Source: Eledone cirrhosa (Eukaryota). From it: a DNA stretch of 64,000 nucleotides. Positions 55,757 through 64,000 of the stretch are shown here, in pieces (position 1 is the stretch's first letter; each line of letters opens with the position of its first letter). A model generated the notes under the pieces. It had not been told where the DNA came from. It made no database searches and saw only the letters and a list, made by a program, of their open reading frames with translations. Both the position numbers and the translations under genes were made by a program. The stretch lies in the NCBI GenBank assembly GCA_964016885.1, contig OZ024756.1, positions 9,734,001 through 9,798,000 on the forward strand. Direction: 5' to 3'.

Positions 55757-55759
<3 letters not shown>
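55609..55759. ncRNA. Palindromic module with back-to-back minimal hammerhead motifs (family F)
   Basis: Plus: CCGAG-CTGAAGA-tccgcgaaggt-GAAAC-AATT-GTC-CTC. Minus: CCGAG-CTGAAGA-...-GAAAC-AATT-GTT-CTCGG. The stem III region ACAATTGT is palindromic. Confidence 0.75.
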
Positions 55760-55809
<50 letters not shown>

Positions 55810-55813
<4 letters not shown>

Positions 55814-56039
55814 ATGAAATGACAGGAGGCTGGATTTGTGTAAATCCTTGAAAGGTTTATTACACAAATCCAGCCTCCTGTCACTTCATTATAATATTTA
55901 ACTCCGTAATAGCACCACCAACTACAAAAACAAAGACGGTTGAACTGCTTTACGTTGAGTACTCTCTATATTATTACATTGAGATTGACCATACGGAATT
56001 GACCAGCTCTATCTAGTGGTGAACCTCAAACCTGAATAA

Positions 56040-56045
<6 letters not shown>
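55810..56045. repeat. Short fold-back (~33-bp arms) plus tail in (TA)n
   Basis: ataatgaaatgacaggaggctggatttgtgtaa / ttacacaaatccagcctcctgtcacttcattat. Confidence 0.7.
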
Positions 56046-56070
<25 letters not shown>

Positions 56071-56341
56071 GGAGGAATTTGTAGTTTACTTGAAGTATTG
56101 TATATGTTATAAACAATTCGAAGTTTGAAAGCCACAACAATGCAGTTTTGGATGGAAAATAATTAAATTGTAAGAAACAGAGGTTGTTGTTTTTTTATCT
56201 TAATTTATTCATGTCCTGATATTTCGAGATTAATAGCTCTTCTTCCGAGGAAAATATAGGAAATATTCCAGTGTCCCATGTGGCTTGCTATACCAGGCTG
56301 ACCGGAAGAGGGTTTATTATTATTATTTTTTTCTAACCTAA

Positions 56342-56550
56342 GGGCAGTGGATTGGCAGTATCGGTAGGGCTTCGGACGCTATGCATTGAGTTACAGCCCT
56401 TTATGATCTGAGTTCAAATCCCACCAAGGTTAACTTTGCCTTTTATCCTTATGGGGTCGATAAAATAAAGTACCAGTCACAGACTGGGGTCGATTTAATC
56501 GACTTTCCCCCCTCCCCCAAAATTGCTGGCCTTGTGCCTATATAAGAAAC
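56342..56550 (+). mobile_element. SINE family 2 variant
   Basis: Same head and core, with an extra gtcgatttaatcgac segment. Confidence 0.8.
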
Positions 56551-57001
56551 CAATATTTTTTTCTGACCTCTTTTGTGTTCAAATTAAGGTCTGGGGAGGT
56601 CAAAGCAGCACAGAGTTGTTTCCCTTTAAATCTGCTTAGACGCATATATACTAATACACGCTGACACACACATGCATGCATACATGTGTGTGTAAGCATG
56701 CAAGTACGCAAACATAGGTAGATTCGTGTAAACACATGAATGCATACGAATTCTCCCGGATGGATACTGGGTCGTAAGCGGGCCTATGTGTGCCCTTACC
56801 CGTAGAGTCCTGTAGCCTTCTACGTTAGGTATTGTGTGCTTAGTTCTAGTCTATTACAGTTTTACAGGTGTGTTCTGACTATCATTAATGCTTCCTTAAT
56901 TCTGAGATTGCCGAGATTACTTTCTTTTGTTTCAACCTTGACTTATTTTTTTTTTGTGGTGTTTTTGCATTTTGTGTTTCTTGAATGAGGAAGCGTTAAT
57001 G

Positions 57002-57065
<64 letters not shown>

Positions 57066-57071
<6 letters not shown>

Positions 57072-58392
57072 ATAATAATAAATTTGAAGACTAAATCCAA
57101 AGAGGGCTCGATGGTCTTTTGACCATGACTAAGTGCGGCCCTCGTGCTTGCGACAGGTTCAGAAAAGAACTCACAGCCTTCTTTAAAGGCTTCAACCTTC
57201 AACAAGCAGTGTCTTTACATGCATACCCATTCTTTTTGTTACCCTCTAAGAAGGAATATGACGTAACTTTCAGCTTATATCTGGAGTCTAAAAGACAACC
57301 ACACCCAATATAAGTTACACTGGGAGATCCTAGCTAGGGCTAGATCGTATAACGGAAATAAAAGACCATGTGACCTCTGCGCCGCTGAGGCCCTGGAAAT
57401 ACTTTACGCCACAGACCACATCTTAAACAAAAAATCTGAGACAATTTCGGCTTGTAAACATAAATTGCACAAAACTTTCCTGTATTACAGCTCCACATTA
57501 TACCCTAACGGATAGTACGATCTATACGTGGATATTTTACGTCTTGATGTGGTAGCTAAGTATATGTTATGTTTATACCATTACTTATTTGCACAGGTAA
57601 GTATATATTACCTGTATGTTTTGTGAAGGTACGTATACTTTCTCGTACGTATATTTGATTGTATATGTTATGGCGTATATTTTTTTAATATATTCTGGTA
57701 CATATGCTTTTGGTTATGTGTATACGGGAGTTTTGCGTCTGTGTGAGTATGCGGGTTCGTACATATGTTGGGTGTGTGTATGTGTACTTCATGTTTTGGT
57801 TGACGTACGTCTCCGAACATTTGTGTATTTACATGTAGGTATGTGTGTGCGCTTGTTATATACGTATTTATTTATTTATATACGTTTATTTAATTATTTA
57901 TTTATTTGTATACACGCACACACACACACACACACACACATATTTATATGTGCGTGGTTTTGTATACCTATGGCGAGTGTTTTCGCGTATGCTTGTGTGT
58001 GTACGTATTTGGACGCGTGTATGTATTTATTTCATTTCAATTACCTCCGTTTTGTATTTTATTTACTTTATTCTTAACTCTGAAGCGGAGAATCATTCGG
58101 TTTTCTAGTTAGAATTTTAGTCTACGACTTCTTTTATACCATAAACGTGGTTCTGTCTTTGCATGTAATTGTTTTTCACCGCTCCTATTAATGATGTATT
58201 ATATTCGTTTTTTCCCGTTCTTAGCCAGGGAACGTTTCCACGAACCAAAGTATCGTCTCCCTGTCTTCCTCCGGTTGCAACGTTTTTTGAAATATTCACT
58301 TCTGCGTTCACAGATTGATTTTGTTAGTTTCAGAAGATCCCGTTAAGGGTGAAAGCAGCGATTCTTTGCTTAAACTTTAATCTGTTATTTTA

Positions 58393-58397
<5 letters not shown>
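57066..58397 (+). mobile_element. Second, deleted Penelope-like element (RT remnant, endonuclease C-terminus, 3' region) between (TA)n tracts
   Basis: KCGPRACDRFRKELTAFFKGFNL, then 57266-57515 LSAYIWSLKDNHTQYKLHWEILARARSYNGNKRPCDLCAAEALEILYATDHILNKKSETISACKH. Decayed hammerhead-like core near 58331. Confidence 0.7.
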
Positions 58398-58467
<70 letters not shown>

Positions 58468-58546
58468 CAAACATACATATACATATACATATATATATAT
58501 ATATACATATATATATACATATATATATATATATACATATATATGT

Positions 58547-60605
58547 CATCCTCATCATCATCATAATCATCATCAACATTTTACGTCCACTCTTCCCTGA
58601 TTGCTAGGGTGGGACGGGTCTTATTCAGCACAGCATCTCTCCACTCGTCACGGTCCTTTGTCATTTCCACCGTGAGCTTCAGCAATCTGAGGTCTGTTCT
58701 CACCACCTCCGCCGATGTCTTTCGTCGTCTACCTCTACCACGTCTTCCTTCAACTGGCATTTCCTGGCACTTCTTCACCCATGCGCATCACATGTCCATA
58801 CCACCTCAGTCTCCTCTCTCGCACACTACATTCTATCCCTCTCAGACACAGTTTATCTCTCAACACATTCATGCTGTGTCGTTCACGCACATTGACATTG
58901 CACATCCAATGGAGCATGCTTGCCTCATTTCTCTCCAGCCGTCGCATATCCTCTGCAGTTGCTGCCCATGTCTCACTACCATGCAGCATCACGCTCCTCA
59001 CACAGGCATCATATAACCGGCCTTTCATACGCAGGGAGAAACCCTTCTTTGTCAACAGAGGAAGAAGCTCCCTAAACTTCTTCCAGCCCGTCCTTATTCT
59101 AGATATATGGCCTCAGAACACCCTCCTCCCATGCTAATCTGATCACCTAGGTACCGAAGCTATCAACCACTTCTATAGAACCCGCCTGCATTGGAAAAAT
59201 GTGTCTATCACTGCGATTACTACTGCCAACTTTCCTTGTACATCTACTGCATACGTAGTTTTTCCATACCTGTTAGTTTGCCTGCTATCCCACTACATCT
59301 CTTGTGTACCCAACATCTGCATTGCGTACATTGTATGGAATTTATGCCAGTTCCTTTCCTACCTATCTAACATGGCCATTTCCCCGATGGAATAAGAGTA
59401 TTGTCCTCTCTTCTGCTTATCAACACTTTTCTTTTAGCTACGTTCACTCTCAGGCCTCTTGATTCCAACTGTTGTTTCCATAGCCAGAATGTATTCTCTA
59501 GCTCTATAAGAACCAGATCATCAGCATAGAGAAGTTCCCATGGGCAGCCAGTCTTAAACTCCTCTGTTATGGCTTGAAGGACTATAATGAACAAGAGTGG
59601 GATGAGGACCAAACCCTGATGTATACCTACTTGTATCTGGAATTCCTCACTAAACTCCATTACTATCCGCACTTTACTGACAGCACCCTGTACATAGCTT
59701 GCACTGTCCTCACAAGCCATTCCTCTACACCTAATTTCCTTAGGGACCACCAGATGACAGAGAGGGGTAGCCTATCAAAGGCCTTCTCTAGGTCAACAAA
59801 AGCTAAGTATAGTGGCTTATTCTTCTAAGAACTTCTCTTGTAGTTGCCTCACTAAGAAGAGGGCATCTGTTGTATTTTTCCGAGGCTACAAAACCAAACT
59901 GCATCTTATAATTTGACCCTTTCTCTAATCAGTTGCGCTAATATTCTCTCTGCCACTTTGATAACCTGATCCATCAGCTTTATGCCCCTATAATTTCTCC
60001 TCTCCAGAGCATCCCCTTTACCTTTGTAGCAATTTATGAGAATACTGCTGTACCAGTCTTTGGGTATGACACCACCATATATAGCTTGATTAATGATGCG
60101 TGCAACTAGTTTAGTGCCTACTTCACCTGATGCCTTCAGCATCTCAGCAACTATCCCCGACGGTCCAGCAGCCTTACCATTCTCCATTTCCTTAATTGCC
60201 TCTTGTACCCTATATTCGTCAATCTCAATAGCTGGTAACTCTGTCCGATCTACTGGGGGTAATTTCTCTCTGTCCCATTCATTCTCCACATTCATCAGTC
60301 TCTCATAATGACATTTCCAGGCCTCCTTTTTCTGATCATTCATGACACTAAGTACACCGGCATCATTCCGGACACATTTATCTCCAACAACATCCTGATT
60401 TGCATTGACACACTGCCTTGCAATGTGGAACACCGTACGTCTCTGATCTTCCCGTCGCAGAACATTGGCAAACCTCCTACTCTCAGCCTCCCTGCGTGCT
60501 AAGTACACCTGACGTCTAGCTTTTCTCTTAGCGGCTGTGTATCCTTCTCTACTCCCACCGTTATTCCAAGCCTTCCATGCCAGTCTTTTGTCTCTAATGG
60601 CCCTA
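58547..60605 (-). mobile_element. RTE LINE of a third subfamily, 5'-truncated and decayed
   Basis: ORFs 59906-60508, 59367-59750 (YADD), 58750-59055 and 58581-58778; (GAT)n tail. Confidence 0.9.
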
Positions 60606-60623
60606 TTAGTATTGGTACTCTGA

Positions 60624-61003
60624 AATAATTGTTTCTACGTTTGGCACAAGGCCAGCAATTACCCCAGTGCATTACTGGTACTTTATTTTATCAACCCCGT
60701 AAGGATGAAAGGCAAAGTTAACCTCAGTGGGATTTGAACTCAGAATGGCAAGGGCCATAACTCTATGCGTCAAAGCATGGCGTCCGAGCCTCTACTGATA
60801 CTGCCAATCCACCGCCCTCTGAAATAATTGTTTCTACTTTTGGCACAAGGCCAGCAAATACCCAGTACATTACTGGTACTTTATTTTATCGCCCTCTGTA
60901 TGGATGAAAGGCAAAGTTAATCTCGGCGGGATTTGAACTCAGATCGTAAAGGGACGTAACTATGCTAGAAAGCATATCCGACCCTCTACCGATACTGCCA
61001 ATT
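60624..61003 (-). mobile_element. SINE family 2, two tandem copies
   Basis: Reverse complements of 53685-53880. Confidence 0.85.
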
Positions 61004-61065
61004 CACATAATGATATATATATGAATGTACGTATTGTATATTTGATAATATATTGTATTCATTCA

Positions 61066-61412
61066 TTTTTTTCATTCATTTTACGTCCGCTTTTCCCTGC
61101 TTGCAAGGGTGGGACGGGAACTGATTCTGGCTTGATTTCTACAGCTGGATGCCCTTCCTAACACCAACCTCATTTACAGTGAGTGCTGGGTGCTTTTTTT
61201 TTTTTTTTCCGTGGTGGCACCTCCACGACCACTTTGCAGTGGAATAATAGGGACCCCAGTCCCTATCATCTCATTTCTACAGCTGAGTAAACTGGAGCAA
61301 TGTGAAATAAAGTGTCTTGCTCAAGGAAACAACACATCACCCGGACTGAGAATTGAACTCACAACCTATCGATTGCAAGGCCAATGCTCTAACCACTAAG
61401 CCATGTGCCTCC
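61066..61412 (-). mobile_element. SINE family 1
   Basis: Near-identical to 4989-5326. Confidence 0.88.
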
Positions 61413-62401
61413 ATGTATGTTTATTTTAAAACATTTTGAAGGCCATTCGCTATGAATTTTATAATAGTGACTACATCACATACTTAGTCTCGGTAAAGGA
61501 AATGAGGAGTAATCGACGGTGGCCGTTTCTCACTTGTAAGTGATTGTCGAGACTACATACCCTTTCACTTCTGCCATGAGTTATGGAAGTTGGATTCTTA
61601 TAGAATTCCAGTTATGTTTCTGAGCTGTTTAAACTCATTAACATACAGAGCAGTTGCTGGCCCAGCAAAAATTAGAAATTATATATGTATAATATATATA
61701 ATGTCTAGTAGCATCAGTTTACATTGATAGTTGTAAATTATGGCAACAGACAGGCTAAACAAAAGTAATAAAGATGCCAGTTAGAAAACAATTTAGTTAA
61801 GAGTTTGTAGAGTGTCTAATATGATTTCTATTTAGAAAGGTCACTAACTGACCTTTTAGCATTTATTACAACATGGTTTGCTGGTTCACACTTTTGGAGG
61901 ACCATTCATTAAAAACTTACTATCTCGCCACCTCTCTCCCCTCTCTCTCTCCCCCCCCTCTCTCTCTCTCTCTTCATATATATATATATATATATATATA
62001 ACAAAGAGGGTGTGGTCAGATACCAGGTGGACTATAACGCACCAGAGTACTCAATACTTAGGGTAGTAGAATGAGTAATAGAAAAAGTGTCAGGACCCTG
62101 ACGGCTGAGCTCCGGCCGTTTCGATAGCTGGATCTATCCGGAGCACAGCCATTGGGGTCCTGACTCATATATATATATATAGTAGTGAAAGAGTGAAGAA
62201 CAACATGGTCGGTTGTATAAAAAGCGTTTATTTACAGTATTAACAATTGTTTCATTGATCAGGTGAGTCTAAAGGTTGCTAATCACTCGAAATTGTGTCA
62301 TTCAACCTTAAATACCATGTGTGTGTCTGATCAAATGATCCATAGTAGTACAGAGTACTCATAACCTCTAACTGGATTACCTAAAATGATAACTTGTTAT
62401 C

Positions 62402-62550
<149 letters not shown>

Positions 62551-62679
62551 GAGAGAGATTAGAGCAAACATCACGGACACTCTATCTCAAAATTATTTTT
62601 GAAAAGCATTAGAAATGCGCAACGGTAAAACTTAAAACCAAAACTGAATACTAACCAATACTATTACTAATTCTCACTT

Positions 62680-63284
62680 AACTCAGAATGGCAAGGACCG
62701 TAACTCTATGCATCAAAGCATGGCATCCGACCCTCTACCAATACTGCCAATCCCCCAATAATAATTGTTTCTACTTTAGGCACAAGGCCAGCAATTACCC
62801 AGTGCATTACTGGTACTTTATTTTATCGACCCCGTAAGGATGAAAGGCAAAGTCAACCTCGGCGGGATTTGAACTCAGATCGTAAAGGGACGTAACTATG
62901 CTGGAAAGCATGGCGTTCGACCCCCCCCCCCCAATAATAATTGTTTCTACTTTAGGCATAAGGCCAGCAATTACCCAGTGCATTACTGGTACTTTATTTT
63001 ATCGACCCCGTAAGGATGAAAGGCAAAGTTAACCTTGGCGGGATTTGAACTCAGAATGGCAAGGGCCGTAACTCTATGCGTCAAAGCATGGTGTCCGACC
63101 CCAATAATAATTGTTTCTACTTTAGGCACAAGGCCAGCAATTACCCAGTGCATTACTGGTACTTTATTTTATCGACCCCGTAAGGATGAAAGGCAAAGTC
63201 AACCTTGGCGGGATTTGAACTCAGAATAGCAAGGGCCGTAACTCAATGCGTCAAAGCATGACGTCCGACCCTCTACCGATACTG
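62680..63284 (-). mobile_element. Head-to-tail array of four SINE family 2 copies (some truncated)
   Basis: Repeated aataattgtttctactttaggc...gaactcaga...ccgacc blocks. Confidence 0.88.
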
Positions 63285-63638
63285 AATAATGACAGTATTT
63301 TTGGAACTGTTATCTCGAAAACATAAACAACGATATATTTCTTTCAGACTACCATTTCTTTAACTGTACTCTTAACTGTAAACTTTTATCATGATATTTT
63401 CATAAGTGATTTGTATATTATCTGTTCTAATTATTCTCTTGAGTAAATTATATCGGTATTTAAATAAATTCTGATGACACCCATTGTATATACTCATTAA
63501 TGGTGAATTGTTAAATAAAATATTTCGCTAGCTTAACCCAGGTAGAAACAATTGTCAGTTATCAAATGCCTTAAATTCTTTGGTTTGTAAACAAACTATA
63601 TATACATATACCTATATATATATTCCTATAACCATATA

Positions 63639-63880
63639 CAGGGTGTGGACGATATTTGTTCGCAATTTTCAACTGCTAATTTTATGCAAATTGTTTTTAC
63701 TTCCGTTCTCACTCTTGTCTTCATAAAAACAGTGACTATATTTCCATTATTTATTTTCAGAATAATTGATTATGAATAATTTTGAACCTCCAAATTTGTG
63801 GAAGAGACACGGAGTTCTTCTTGGAATCCGCGCCAGGAGGACAAATAAGGAAATTTCAGAAACTAACGGACGATATTTGA
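63639..63880 (+). mobile_element. Tc1/mariner-like transposon 5' fragment
   Basis: TA-CAGGGTGT terminus; ATG at 63772 gives MNNFEPPNLWKRHGVLLGIRARRTNKEISE, resembling a transposase N-terminal HTH. Confidence 0.55.
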
Positions 63881-64000
63881 TCGCAAGATTACTGTCTAGG
63901 AAAAAATAACACAGTAGTTTTATTTTTTAAGATATATTTATCAAACTTGGTTCAGTTTGTCTTCATGACTTGTTCTTTCGATCTTACTGGATAAACCCGC

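Overview
AT-rich, repeat-dominated animal genomic DNA. The (TA)n/(AGT)n microsatellites, tRNA-derived SINEs and RTE LINEs point to an octopus or related cephalopod; this is an inference. I can support no intact host protein-coding gene, and nearly all ORFs in the track are microsatellite or satellite artefacts. The real coding remnants are retroelements: about 10 RTE LINE pieces with a PHD-type finger inside the RT, a Tx1/L1-like LINE, two Penelope-like element (PLE) families, plus a mariner 5' end and two MITEs. There are also at least 7 tandem arrays. The most striking signal is a dense population of short fold-back modules embedded in (TA)n tracts. They belong to at least 6 sequence families and carry minimal type-I hammerhead ribozyme motifs (stem I-CUGANGA-stem II-GAAA-palindromic stem III loop-NUH-stem I'), often on both arms of the hairpin. 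The second highlight is an 8.3-kb satellite of 79/82-bp units that arose in place from an internal segment of a Tx1-like ORF2, whose coding sequence continues on both flanks. All coordinates were read by eye, and element ends are approximate.
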